Shown piece by piece: positions 38,800 through 53,230 of a DNA stretch of 64,000 nt. Origin of the DNA: Gnetum montanum (lineage: Eukaryota > Plantae > Gnetophyta); NCBI GenBank assembly GCA_015680685.1, contig MNCI01003443.1:178267-242266 (forward strand). The letters run 5' to 3'. The notes below the pieces were generated by a model. It saw only the letters and a list, made by a program, of their open reading frames with translations, ran no database searches and was not told the DNA's origin. Position 1 is the first letter of the stretch, and each line of letters starts with the position of its first letter. Position numbers and translations under genes: made by a program.

Positions 38800-41700
38800 A
38801 AACAGAATGTGGTTGTCCATTTGTTGAGGCAATAGTTGTACTGGCCTGTTTTGGTTCTAAGAAAGGCTTCACTTGTTGGATGTTGACCAACTTCTTTTTA
38901 TTCAGGATTTCAGGTTTTTAGATTATCATGGCCCTAGAGGGAAAGGTTTGATTAATTATATAAGGTCAATCGTACAATGTTTGGAATTTTTTCTTCTGGA
39001 GTACATGTGTGGGGTTCCAGTAAAGAACCTTATTTTCTAGTTGAAGTTTTACTTTCCTGATTCTATGGTTATGATGTTGCTTACTAAATGCCTTGTTCAC
39101 TTCATTCAAGGATAGGGTCACTAATCAATTTTCATCTAAAATATTTAGGTTGATCAGACTTTCTTTCTATGCTAGACTTAGGTCAAGATTTAGATCATAG
39201 GCTATTGAGAGTGTATAGAGCTCAGATTGAATTGGGAGCATTGAAAGTTTCTTGTACACTAACTTGTAGGGTGAATAGCCAATAGGAAGTTTCCAAGTTA
39301 AAAAATAAGCCCAAAGAGCATCATTAATCTTTGCACTCCAATCCTTCCTATATTTTCTAATGGTCCATGTTAGTATTTTTGTAATATCCTAGTTGGTTAC
39401 CTCTACTTGACCATTAGCTTGGGGGTGGTAAGGTGTTAATTTATGTTCTACCCCCAAGTGTTGCATTAATTTTCTAAATCTGCCACCTATGAAATGAGTT
39501 CCATTATCAGAAATTAGAGAATGTGGCACTCCAAACCTATTCACAATGTTTTGTTATATAAATTTGGTAGTAATGGATGATGTACAATTAGTAACAACTA
39601 CTGCTTCTAACCATTTTGTGTAGTAGTCAACTGCTACTATAATATACACCTTTCCATTGGACATTGATGTGATGGAACCCATGAAGTTAATGCCCCATAG
39701 GTCGAAAGGTTGTAGTGGTTGAATCCACTATTAAGGACCTTCCATGTGAGCGGTCATCTCCTTGTCACATTGACAACATTCACAAAACTTAACGAACTAG
39801 TGGGTGTCCCTAAAGATTGTGGGCCAACAATATCTTGCCATCAAGATTTGTATGGTCATGCATCTCCTTGCATAGTGACCTCTGTAACGCCCTTCATGAG
39901 CATCCTAGAGAACATGCAATTAATCTTTGTCAAGGATACACCAAAAAATCATGCCATTGGCACACACCTTGTAGATGTGTCTATTAATTTCCATGAAGTA
40001 TTTGACCCGATGAAGAAATTTTTTCTTTTTCCTAAAATCCAGGTCCTTTGGCATCTCTTAAATAAGAAGATATGTGAGAATGCCATTATACTATATTGCT
40101 TTCTTAGGTGTTTGTTTACTTATTACTCTAGTATAGAGGAGTTTTTCTAGAAACTGATCAAAGAGAGAGCTTTCCTCTTCTTTATTATCCCATCTTAAAT
40201 GAGAGAGGTGGTCAGTGACCACATTCTTGATCCCTTTTTGATCTACCATAGTGAAATTAAATTCTTGTAAGATCATGACCCACCATATGACATGAGGGCT
40301 CACTGTCATCTTATTCATAAGGAAGAAAATTGCACTATGATCTATATGTATAAATACTTTGTAACCTAACACATAATATCTAAACTTTCTAGTATGTGCA
40401 CCACTACCATTAATTCTTTCTTTTTGGTGGTGTAATTTGACTGTGCTCCCAAAATGCTTCTACTTGCATAGTAGATATAGTATGGATGTTTCTTATTATC
40501 CATTTGCATGAGCAAAACTCCCAAAGCATAGCTAGATGCATCCGTCACGATGTCAAAAGGTCTGGACCAGTCTAGTGCATGTAGGATTGGTGTTTCTACA
40601 AGTTTCTCCTTTAATTATTGGAATGTATGTTCACATTCCTTAGTCTAGATGAAAGGTGCATCTTTCTTTGTAAGTTCTACCAATGGATTTGTAATTTTAG
40701 AGAAATTCTCAATAAATCACCAGTAGTAGCTAGTGTATCCAAGGAATGACTGGACATCTTTAATGGTCTTTGGTTAGCATGTTATTCCTTGGATGACCCT
40801 TATCTTTTCTGGGTCTACCTTAATCCATGTTTGTGAAATTTGATTTCCTAACACAATACCTTCTTGGACCATAAGATGGTTCTTTTGTCAGTTGAGCCAT
40901 AGGTTTATCTCTACACATCTTTTTAGTACTTGCTTAAGTTAGTCCAAGGCTTGCTCAAAGGTAGCTCCATAGGTGGAGAAGTCATCCATGAAGACTTCAA
41001 CACCACTACCGATCTATTGTTGAAAGATACTAAGGACCAAGCGTTGAGAGGTTGTAGGGGCATTGCATAGGCCAAAAGGCATCTTACAATATGCAAAAGT
41101 CCCCTAGGGACTCGTGAATGTTATCTTGACTTAGTCTTCTGGTGCAATTTGGATTTGGTTATAGCCATTATAAGAATTCAAAAAGCTATAATAATAATGC
41201 CCAGATATGGTGTCTAATACTTGATCCACAAATGGAAAAGGAAATTGATCTTTAAATGTTTCCATATTTAATAGCCTAAAGTTGATGCAAATCCACCATT
41301 TTCCACCCTTCTTTAGTACAATTACAAGTGGACTAACCCACTTACTATCAAAAATTGGATAGATGAACCCTACCTTGAGGAGTTGCTCTATCTCCTCTTT
41401 GATGATTTACTTTAATTTGGGATTCAACTACCTCTATAGCTACCTTCTAGGCTTTATGGCTAGGTTGGTGTAAATGCAATGTTGGCATATTTTTGGATCA
41501 ATTTCTATTTGCTCTAAATATGACCAAGAAAATACTTTTAACCATTTTTTCACCACTTTCAACAACTTTTCTTTTTGTTCAAGAGAAAGTTTAGCATTGA
41601 TTACGACTAGTTTACCATTCTTTAAAAATGCATACTCCATTTTGATTGGTAAATTTTTTAGTCCTAATGGCTCCTGCTTGAAGTGATCAGAGATCTTCAA

Positions 41701-44700
41701 CTCTCCCAAATAGTTATCATCATCTCATTAGAGAGTTGGGAATGAACTTGTTCAATTTTATCCATGCCTTCAACATATGCACAAGTTAAACTCTCAGTTG
41801 GCTCTATGGATATTATGCTACTATCTAAATCAGCTATTAGCCACTAGGTGCCCTCCTACTTTGTGGCTGCTATGTACAGACACCTTTGAATATTGATCTA
41901 TTGTGAACATTGATTACATGCCTTAATGTATGTACTCTTGATTAACTAAATCTTTTGCATGCAATTACACCCGTTATTAGTGTATGTGATGCATGGAATA
42001 CAGTTCTTCTTAATTTTTCCTAGATCATTTTCCTTAGATATTTCTAAAGATAGGTCCCTTATACCCATTCTTGCATTAACCATGCTTAACCAAGCTCTTT
42101 CCATAATGATACGGAAGTCATTTTTTTAGTTGTCCACCTTGATTACCAAAAAATTAGAAGGGTAGGACCACCCACACACTATGGTGACAATGTCCTCTAC
42201 TAAGTCCAAAGAAATAGTAATTGATTAATCTACTAATTCTAAACAAATGTTGCTCTTCTTGAGAGGTGGTAATTTCCAAGCCTTGTACATGTCATGGGAT
42301 ATGCGATTAACTCTAGAACCAGAGTCAAGAAGAACCTTGCATGGATCTTGTCCAACAATTTGTAGATGGATGAGTGGACTACCTAGATCAGATCTTTTTG
42401 TAGGAAGATTTCCAACCTTGATCCAATCAGAAATAGCATGAGTTAGCTTTATAGTGTAGATCCTAGGTGGCACTTAGTTTGAAGGATACTCGAAAGTATT
42501 TGATGTAGAGGATGAGGGTGTTGGAGATGTAGGGCGATTAGCTAGAGTAGGTTGTGAGGGCTAGAGAGGATTATTGGGTTGAAAGAAAGGTCTTTTTCTT
42601 AATTTATTTTCTAAATCACTTAGTTGAAAAATTGATTATGAGTGTACAACCCTTGTAGCATTTCATTGTTGTGGCTATGGAGGAATCTCACCCTGCATGG
42701 ATGGAGCAAGAGGTAACTAAGTTGAAAATGAAGGTGTAGGTGCAAAGGGATGTGAAGGATGATAAGGATACAAATATGGGTTTTTCCCTCAAGTAGATGA
42801 TGAATGTGTTTGGTGATACTCTGGAGGGTAAGAGTAATGTTGGAATGATGCATGACTTGTAGAGCTTCTAGGAGAGATAGGCTATTAGACATAGTACCCA
42901 TATGGATCTGGTTTCCTATAAGGATACTGCTACCCTAGTGGTGACATTCCCCATGATTGTGGTTGGTATTATTTTTATAGTTGTGGAGGATTTCCACTTG
43001 GGTAGTACACATTTTTTTGTTGGTGGAACTACCTTGGACTACCTTGAGGGTAACACAATCATCATGGAGCTTGCCTATGTGCTAGGCAAGGATTTAATGC
43101 GTACACTCGAAACTCTTGTAAGTGTGACACTACAGGAAAACATCCCTTTGGATGTTTGTATTAATAGATGTTACATTCCATTTCATCATTATAGTCAAAC
43201 TCCACAACTTCCTCTACTACAGTAGCTTTTCCTTTACCTCTATGGTAGGCATGTTTAGCTTCTTTTCACCTCTTGTGATTATGATCACTATTTTGTGCTT
43301 TGGATTCTTCAACAATGTTTAAAATGGTTTGAAATTTTTTTATTGAAAGAGTCCCATAACTTTTCAATAGTGACCAAAATGTCAAAAATAGATTTTTGGA
43401 TGGGCAAGGTCTTTCTATTCACCACTTCATCAAGTGGTGACTCCTCCTTGTCACAAAATTGAACCTCTCATTTTTTGATGGATAGATCTCTATTATACTC
43501 TTAAGAACTTTCCCTCTTTTGTAGCTCACTATCTTCTTTTACTAATTGCTTAATTAGCCTTTAGATCTGATAAGATCTCATTTTAGACAACCTTCCTTGG
43601 GCATACACCCCAAGGGTTCTTCTTGTTTCTACTTTGAGCCCATCTATGATGTGGTGAAGTTGTTCCCTTTGAGAGTAACCATGGCCAAGGAATCAATGTA
43701 GGAGTGAATAGTAGTTCCTCATGGTGGCATCTAAGGGTTCATGTGCTCCTTGTTTCTAGTCTTGGATTTTCCTTCTCAAATTAAACACTTTGGAGTATGC
43801 CTAGTATTTTTCATTGAATAGTTCTAACATGGTACTCCATTTGTGGATAGATTTCAGCTCTAAGGACCTATACTAATTTTTAGCTTCCTTAATGAGTATC
43901 CTTGAGAAAATTTTGAGTTTCTACTACTTATTCTATATGCTTTTTAAGGCATAGGCATCTTGAAAATCTTGTAGGTATGTTTGCAGATCAGAATTGTATC
44001 CCCCTTAAATCTTGGGATATTGTTCATGTCTATGTGCTTGATTCAACTATCCTTCATATGCCTAGTTGGGATTTATACTACCTCTGCATTCTTGAGCATA
44101 CTTTGAGTTGCCAATAAAGGTTCATCATCATTGCTACCTATATGAAGTTGATGATGGTTTCAACCACCCCTTCAATTATTTGTGGCCTTCACAATCATTG
44201 TTATCTTAGTGATCACCTTCATCATGGTTATTTTAATGGTGGCTTTCATGAGAATCGTCAAATGAAAAGGAATGTTTAGTATCAAATGAAGAAGATGAAG
44301 AGGAATATGGATTTCCATTGCCATCATGGTGTCCACCATCACTCTTACATTTATTACAATCACAATCTGTACATCCCTTATTATTGTGATGTTTACCCTA
44401 GTTCCTACTTTGGCTATCACTCTTTCTTGAACCTAATTTATGAATAGTTGATCGTAGGATCAAGTTCACACCCTCATTACTAGTAGCAAGGGGTGGAGAA
44501 TCTTCATGTTGAGAACCTTCCAAGGGAGGATACTCATTGTTATCTTGATTTAGTAGGAACAAGGGATTTGTGTAATGTTTCCCCTTTGTAGCTTCATGGA
44601 GTTTTTCTAGATGTTGATCTTGTTTACATTGTGTTTCAATGGGATAGTAATTCAGAGTGTCATACCCATCCACAACGTATTCTTCATGAAGATCTACTAT

Positions 44701-44915
44701 GTCCAACTTCTTAAGGGTTTTGAATAGCATCTCAGGCATAGATCTATCAAAAATTATGATGATGTTGCCCTCCATATCATGCCATTATAGTTGTTCATCC
44801 TAGTGTAGGATAAAGGTGAAGTTAGCACAAAATCATATGGATGAGTGTATACCACTTTGCATTCTTGTGGGACTAGTCATTTGGTATCTTTGGGATTATG
44901 AGAAGAAGAAGACAT
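38800..44915 (-). pseudogene. gag-pol (Athila-like)
   Basis: VLLDSGS (PR), VFMDDF at ~40980-40998 (RT), TDASSYALG (RH), ISDNGTHF and PQANGQVE (INT). Confidence 0.95.
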
Positions 44916-45063
44916 TTTACAAAAATAAAATAAAATAAAATAAAATAATTAGTGTGCTTTTGATAATTCTACATATAGTGGAAATGATATTGACCTTGAG
45001 GTTTGTACAATAATATTAATGGTATTCACTTAAACCTAAATAGTGCATGTCCCACAAACAAAG

Positions 45064-45081
45064 TCATCGACAATGGTACCA
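45064..45081 (-). promoter_or_regulatory. PBS, tRNA-Asp type (decayed)
   Basis: TGGTACCATTGTCGATGA one base from the LTR end. Confidence 0.78.
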
Positions 45082-45082
45082 A

Positions 45083-46020
45083 TGATGAATGGCAAGGTAC
45101 CCCTACATCCAACCATATGAATCACAAAGTATTCATGTGTTACTTAGTCAAATTCTTCAGATTTTATCATTTGTAGTGCACTAGCCCTTTAGGAAGTGAA
45201 TCTAGCCCTAAGGTCAATTGTTGTCTTCCCAATTACACTTGTGATGTTCATTGGTATGGTTAAGTGTAATTGAGGCATTTGATTTTTATCATTTTTATGT
45301 TTTATTATTGGATGCTTGAATTGTAGATAAAAAGGGATTTGATTAACTAATCTAAATTAATTAATTAACTAGCATTTAAATAATCCTAACATAAGCATCC
45401 AATCCCACTTTCTGTACACATCCAGAACCCACGTATCTACTTCTGGGTGACTAAGCACTACACTACTGGGTGTACTAAGCAATAACACTGCTGAGATTAC
45501 CAAGAAAATACATGTTACACTTTAAGTGGTCGTACTTATGTGTGTATTCTATCTTGCTTAATTGCCTCATTAATGTAATAATTGGAAAATATTTAATAAC
45601 TAATTAAAAGAATTTAATAAATAATTGGAAATAGTAAATGCATGAATAAGATAGCTAATCTATTCAAAGTGTTGCAAGGTTTATCAAAAAGCTCATCTTA
45701 TTACCACACACACTATCGTGCTCAAGTACAATAATGCTCAAATAAAGATCCATACACTCAATAACTCCTACTACGAGCACTAAGAGGAAAAATTCTAACT
45801 TTCAAATGGAGAAAATGCAAAAGCTCCACTACAACTACAATCTACTTATGTCATAAATGTGGCTATAAGTGTGTATTTATAGCTGACACATGACACTACG
45901 TTGACTGGGCCACATCAACACATGATATGATGCATCAACTAGGCCTTGTTGACGAGGATGAGATGATGAGGTCACATTAATGAGGTCATGTCAACGTAGC
46001 CAATAAAATGCAACTCATCA
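45083..46020 (-). repeat. 5' LTR
   Basis: TGATGA...TCATCA; direct repeat of 32633-33550. Confidence 0.95.
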
Positions 46021-46025
46021 CATGT

Positions 46026-47426
46026 TTTTAATTTACAATAAAATTATAGATAGTTTCCATTTAATTAGTTCTTTGTAGTATTAACATTGGGATTTCATGA
46101 ATACTTTGAGAAAGTCTTGTTGTACTTTTAGATACATCTTGAATAAATTTAATAATGTGTTCTTTATATTGTAATTGACCTTCTATAGCATGGGTAACTT
46201 GTAATATAAGGTTAATTCTTGCTACAAGTATTTCCTCACCTTTTGATAGTTTAAATAAGATTAATAGTTAGGGTTCTAGATCCATATTATTATTAGCAAA
46301 AAATCATTTAATCTCATCACCATCCTAGTTCAATATTTTTATTTCTTTTTCCTTTAAACACCTCAAACATGTTGGACCAAGCCTTTCTATAGGCATCATA
46401 TAAATATTTAAAAAGCTTTCATTATAGATATTATATGATTGAGAAATACTAAATTTAGCAACCTTACTCTAAGATCTTAAAATTTCTTGTATGATGTGTG
46501 CATTTCATTTTTTGAAGATCTAAATAAAATACCTGATTATTTATACCTTCAGAAGGTACATGTGGATTTATTGTATTAGAATTATCATGTTGTTGATGTT
46601 CCATTCATAACCTTGGTTGAGGACATTCCTAATCAAGTATTATTAGTAAATATAACATCTTTACCACATCTTCTTATCTATTTTATTGCCTAAAATGTTC
46701 TTTTCTTTTACAACCTTATCCACCTTTTTATTTTATGTTATTAACCTCTACTATATCATAAGATCATTTATCTCCTATCATCAAATCATCATCATATGCC
46801 CTGATCATATCCATGAACACTCTCAAATTCATGATCATGGCCATGATCACATCACCTATATGGAACAACCTCTTGTTACAAGGAAGGTACTTACATATTG
46901 TTATCATTAAGAATAATTGCTAACTGAATTTTCTATTCACTTCCTTATCCTCATCCTCATTCCCATCCCCATCTTTGTTGTGGAACATTTAACTATTATT
47001 GAGGAGGTTCTTACATATTTTCTTCATGTTCATAAATCAAATGTATTATACCTATCAAAGATGTACTACTTATTACATGACCATGACCATGTCCACATCG
47101 TTATCTTTATCCTCATTTTTAATCCCTTTCTCTCTATGAAAGGTCATTCTACAAAATAACTTGATATAGTTAATGTTTGAATCTTTGAAATATAATAAAG
47201 ATTATGTAAAATTATTAACTTGTATATATTTTCTTAATACCTTATTTTCTTGTGATTTTTATTGCTACATTTCCTCTCAATGCCTTTGTTGATGTACTCA
47301 ATCTTTCTCTAATTTTTGCAACTCCAAAGGATTTCCTTTTTCTTAAGCCTTTTTCCTTCAATCTCTCAAACATTAATACCTTTCACAATTTTACTCATGT
47401 TTCCTCTTAGTTGACCTATTATCCAT
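46026..47426 (-). pseudogene. Helitron-like element A, N-terminal part of RepHel
   Basis: Colinear with 48600-49100 (GPTCLRC, LFKLSKGEEILVARINLILQVTHAIEGQLQYKEHI); RG-rich decayed exons; candidate ATG at 47426. Confidence 0.8.
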
Positions 47427-47611
47427 TAATAGGAGTGAACTTATGTAAATAATTTTTTTTATTTTTTTGGCCAAGAGGCCAACACTTGCATGAGCCATGC
47501 AAGGGAGCCAAAGAGTTACTACAGGGAAGCTAAATCTTTATTCGATTAATGCCCACGACCCTTGGGCTCCTAATTCATCTCTTCATATTCCCTCATGTGC
47601 AAGGCCTCGAT

Positions 47612-47683
47612 GTGAGTAATAATAAATATTTATTATTACTATAAAAAGTGGGTAATAATGAATATCTATTATTATTATAAATG
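47612..47683. repeat. Two tandem 36-bp units, the first containing a perfect 26-bp palindrome
   Basis: AGTAATAATAAATATTTATTATTACT at 47615-47640. Confidence 0.9.
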
Positions 47684-47835
47684 GTGACAGTTACAGTTAC
47701 GGTGACAATTACGATCACGACAACGATTAAGGTGACAATAGTTACAATGCAATGTAGTATTTAAAGATATTGAATTTAGGCATCTTATTACAAGATTAAG
47801 AGGTGGAATATTGGAATTCATGCATTTTCAAAAAC

Positions 47836-50800
47836 ATGGATCCTACTACTCTTAGTCCCAATAGAGAAGGCAAAGAACACTCTCTTCTAGATCAGCAACA
47901 ACAACCATTTGTTGCAACAAGTAATGCGATTCATGGAGGTCATGGTAGTGGGTGTGCATGTGGGCATGGCTAAGGTAGAGGATGACCATGGATCATAGAA
48001 ACTAAAAATCTAGAATCGATGACCACAGAGGAGAGAAGATGATTTCTAAAATGAGAAGCAAAATGATGCGAATGAGAACAAAAAAAAATTCTATGAAATT
48101 TAGAAATATGTAATTTATGCATTTTTTTAATATTTAAAAATGAATATTTATCATAGGGAAATCTTTTTATTTTATTTACATACCTACATTGCATATGTTT
48201 TTTTAGGCTACATCAACTTTGAATCCCCTCTCATCACTTGGCAATTCATCTAATGCAATGATCCACATTATTGATACTAATAATGTAAATAATCAAAAAG
48301 AAATGTAGGTTGGTGTCTATCCATAATCAAGTTGGTACATATTTTAATTCAATTTTTAGTTTAAATTTTCAAACATTTTTTGTAGGGCATTGAAAATGCA
48401 TTTATGCCTGTTAATCAAATAACATATGTTCCAGAAATCACACACAAAGAAGAACAACCACATTATAGAAAGAGTGAGTGCTGAACAAGGCAAAGTCAAT
48501 CAACGAAAAATTCATTTCATCAAATAAATGAAGCTACAGATGTCACTAGTGCACCAACAATGGAAATGCCTTCTTCAAAACTTATTCAGTCATTCCCAAG
48601 ATTGCAAAAGACAAGTACAAATATTGCTCAAGCAATACATAATTTTAATACTACAGTTAGAAGTTTTGCAAATCCACGTTCCTAAAATGTATGCAATGAA
48701 ATATTTCTTGGCATATTATTGGATTCAACCAAAAGTAGAGGACCCACATGCAATAGGTGCATTAATGAAAAGAAACATAATATTCTTGACAGTTTTGGTT
48801 GTGAAATCAAATAATTTTCTGTTGAAAATAATATGGATCTTGGTATCCAACCACCTATGCTAGGCTATTTAACTAAGGTTGAAGAAATGTTAACTACAAA
48901 AATAAATCCAATTTTACAAGTTACACATGTAGTTGGTGGACAATTCAAGTATAAAGTTCACACTATTAGCTTTGCTCAGGATGTCACACAGATTACTAAA
49001 ATACTTCCTCTTAAAGTTAAAGATATCCCTTTTTTGATATTGATAAGAAAAGATCAAATGAGCACCAAGTATAATTTCATTATCAACAAGAGACAGGTTT
49101 ATTAATCCTTGACTTTTTAGAAGGCAAATGATCCATACTATTAGGACGGTGAGATCAATATGCATGCATTAGGTGATGTTGCTTATATCGATGATGTTAA
49201 CATCTTTCATAGCATTCCTTATATTCCATCATTAGAAAAGGATGAAGAAATGAAATTGCAATTTCAAGGTCCTTTGCTTCAGATAGATGAAGAAAACATT
49301 ATTAGTCACACATCGTCAGTTGCACAACGTCTTGGAATTGTAAGAAAGGAAATTAATTGGATAACAGCATGGATGCATAATCCATCATTACAGGATTCAA
49401 ATGTTGCCTAGTGGCCTTCCATGTCTAATTCTCCTATTAATGAGTTTAACATGATGGAATTATTTACCATGGCATTTCCAAGTCTTTCTCCTAAAGGAAA
49501 ATGCAATTTTCTTGAGTGAAGAGCTAAAGATGTCAAACTACATGAATATGAAAAACATCTTATTTGCTACAAATATGGTAAATTTGGATGCCACAAGTGA
49601 TATAGGTAAATATTAATTCTTCATTTTTTTGTTATTATCATTATTCATTATGTTTTTTATAACATTTAAGCAATGATATGTGATTTATTTGTAGGTATTA
49701 TATCAATGATGTTATTAGAAGGAGATAGGCAATGGAATCTACCATTGTATTTTTTAAAAAAAAATTATTAATGCATCCATAACTATTGAAGAACTATGAG
49801 AACAATTGCATAATGCTCCATCACATGTCCTTGTGGATAATTTAATGCGATATGGTACATCCATTCGTGGTACAACATCTTATTGAAGAAAATGTAAAGC
49901 AGAGATAATTAACATGGTGAATCAATTGGGAACACCTACTATTTTTTTTTTTACTTTGAGTGTAGTAGATATCTATGTCTTGAGTTGCATAATTTGATTC
50001 AAGGAGATCCAACTGAGAACTCATTAGAAATCAAACATTGGATGCAAAGTAATATAATAGAAAATGTGCATATAGTTGCAAAGTTTATGCATTGTCATTA
50101 CATTTCCTTTCTTAAAATAGTTTTGATGAATGAGTTCCATGTTGTTGAGTATTGGACACGATATGAGTGGAAGCATCATGGATATCCACATGTGCATGGT
50201 TTCCTATGGATACAAGGTGCTCCAAAGCTAAATGAGCTCGACCATAATGATCCTCACATCATGCTTAGGGAAAAGGAATTTTTTTTATTCAATTACAAAT
50301 GAATGGAATCTAAGATTTACAGCTAATGGAAATCCAAATAATGTAAGTTCTCATTTATCTTTTCTATTCTTAATACAAAGTTTTTTTTTTTTTTGCTGAT
50401 ATTGCTTAGAATACAAAGATATTAATTTCTCCATTGTTACTTCTTTCAATTTGTCTTCTTACTTAGGCTTTACGTGTAAATATGTTGCATCATCCATGTG
50501 AGTTGATTGCTAAACAACTATAATGTATGGATTTGGAAACTAATTATGTTTATTTGCTTAATGCTATTCAAAGACATATTGTATGCAAACCTAGTGCATG
50601 CTTACAAAAACATAATGGTAAAGAAGTTTGCAGGTGCCACTTTCTAATGAAAATGTTGTATCATTACTATTTCCTCACCATTGCATTCATTTTTATTAGT
50701 AAGTAAACTTTAATTTATCATGGGAAAACTTTCATATTTTTCAATTCTAGGTACAATGTTCCTTGGTCATTATCTTTAGAATCAACTCTTTAGAGAGATC

Positions 50801-53230
50801 CAGAACATAATAATGAGATTACTTATGTTCCTTGAAGAAACGATTTGAGGATTAATGTTCATAATAGAATGATGCTTCAGAAATGGAGGGAAAATATAGA
50901 CTTTTAGCCAGTAATGTCACAATATGCTGCTATAAAATATATCATGAAATATGTAGCTAAAACAAAGAAGAAATCACAATCTTTTCGTGACATGTTGTTG
51001 CAAATTTCTGAGTCAAGGGATCCTCATGAATATGCTTTATTAGTCCATAGAAGGCTCATGATGGATGCTACTACAAAATAGAGACATTGGTGTTATGGAG
51101 GTCTGTCACATGTTGTATGAGCTTCCTTTGGTAAACTATAGTCGTGTTTTCCACACACTCAATGTTTCTCGATAGGTGTACAAAAAAGTTCAAATTAATT
51201 CAGATGAAACTAATGAAGCTAAAAACTACACAAATCTTATTAATATGTATAAAAAACATCAAATTTCAATAAAGGATGTCTCATTGCTACAAGTTTTTAA
51301 AGAGTACAATTGCAACATGAACATCAAGTCCAATCCAAATTGGAATCTACATAACCCAAAGCCAAACGCTATTGTCAGATATTATTCGAAGTTTCTCTTT
51401 CCATCAAAGTAAGGAGAACAAAAATGGATTGAATGCTATTAGGCTATGTTGTCATTACATTATCTATTTAGATATGTGAAGCAAGGTCTTAGTTCTAATG
51501 ATGAGAAAATTGAAATAAAGTGGTTGTCCATTCAACATATGTATGTAGCATTGGAGATTAATATTGAAGAAGCATTTTAGTAAGCTTTGGAGTAAGAAAG
51601 ATAATTTGTAGATGTAACTTCCCAAGTGCAAGATCATGAGGAATATGATTTTGAAATCCTCAACTGTCATCTCTTATCAACAAGCCATTTTCAAAGAATA
51701 GAAGTGGAGATGCTTGGGCTATGAGATGTTAATAGAATGCATAACTCGATGTTACAATATCTGGGAGAGGATATTGCAAAATTCACTACAAGTTTTATTG
51801 CCAAAAATAAAGCATCTCACTCCATGATTGTTATTGATCATGACTACAGTGCCTATGATTTTGATAAGCTAGATGCAAAGCAAAAGAAATGCTACAATAA
51901 AATTATAGGCCACATGATGTTTTCATAGTCAAAAAATGAAGTTTTCCCCCTTTAAGAATGATTATCCAAGGAATAGATGGTATGAGAAAGTCATTTCTCA
52001 TAGGTGCACTTCGTAATTCTTTCATGAAATATTGCAATGAAAAACATAATTCTTTACTTGTAATGGCACCCATAAGAGCTACAATATTTAACATTAACAC
52101 AATAATCATTCATTCTAGTTTGAACATTGGAATAGGTGCCTACAAATAACTCTCTTCTTTTGCAAAGATAAATATACAACATTGACTATCACAAGTAAGA
52201 TATATAATAATTGATGAAATGAGTTTTGTTGAAGGAAGATTATCACAAAGCATTGATAGACAACTAAGAGAATTTTTTCTAGAACATCACAGTGAAGTAT
52301 TTGGAGGAAGATCAATTATATTGATAGGTGATTTAGGTCAGGTTCCTCCTATGCTTGATGTTGTGCCTTATGCATCCAAGAATCCATATATTATAGGGGT
52401 TTGGAAATCATTTGATACATTTTTTGTTTTAGATGTAATTTTTAATTAGTCTAGAAATGATCCTCAACAACAAAGATTCAAGTATTGATGCATATCAGAG
52501 AAGGAAAAAGCCATGATAAAGATTATAATTTCCTAGCTATTCAAATGAATCTTCCATCCAGTTCAAGTGGATTAGATGATTTTGAAGAATCAATGCACTT
52601 ATATGATACAAAGGATAAAGTTCAATCACACAATAAGAAGATGTTGCAAATAATGCAGACACCCATTGCATTTTGTGTAGTAAATAGAGATCCTCATGGA
52701 TTTAGAATCTCAGATGATGAAAATGATGATATAGAGCAATCTCTACTTATATGTGAAGGTGCAAGGGTAATTTTCACAATTAACCTTTGTCCTAAAGTAG
52801 GATTGGTGAATGGTGCACTTGGCATAATTCACGATAGTATGTATCCTCAATGTAAATGGTCACCTACATTACCATCATACGTTATTGTTGATTTTGACTC
52901 CTACATTAGATGTACCTTTGATAATGGTAATCTTCATCATGTGATAATTATACTTGTGGTTCGAGGAGCATCTTATCAGTTACCGTTATGATTGGCATGG
53001 GCCATGACTATTCATAAATCTCAAGGAATGACACTAGATAAGGCTACTATTAACATTAGTTTAAGAGAAGTTACGAGTTTAACATTTGTTGCATTATCTA
53101 GAGTCAAGACCATTGATTCTTTGAAGATTCATCCTCTTTTCTATGTGCAAAGATATAATAAGGTTTCAAATGCTAAACATCTCCAAAGTAGAATTGCATA
53201 GGAAGTTTGTTTTGCTCAATTGGAGGATTA
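47836..53230 (+). pseudogene. RepHel: Zn-finger/DUF6570-like region, HUH Rep, Pif1 helicase; intron-containing
   Basis: FFTLS, RYEWKHHGYPHVHGFLW, YIMKYVAK; IIQGIDGMRKS, IIIDEMS, LIGDLGQVPP, LVNGALG, AWAMTIHKSQGMTL, FVALSRV; introns e.g. 49606-49694 and 50634-50750. Confidence 0.92.

Larger units (their letters stand above)
32633..46020 (-). mobile_element. Complete Athila-like LTR retrotransposon (13.4 kb), inserted in Helitron A
   Basis: LTRs 32633-33550 and 45083-46020; TSD CATGT at 32628-32632 and 46021-46025; PBS, PPT, gag-pol and env-like ORF. Confidence 0.96.

Noticed and set aside
51950-53200. Host PIF1 helicase gene
   Set aside because: Downstream of and colinear with a HUH Rep domain, disrupted by stops, and enclosed by Helitron-type ends
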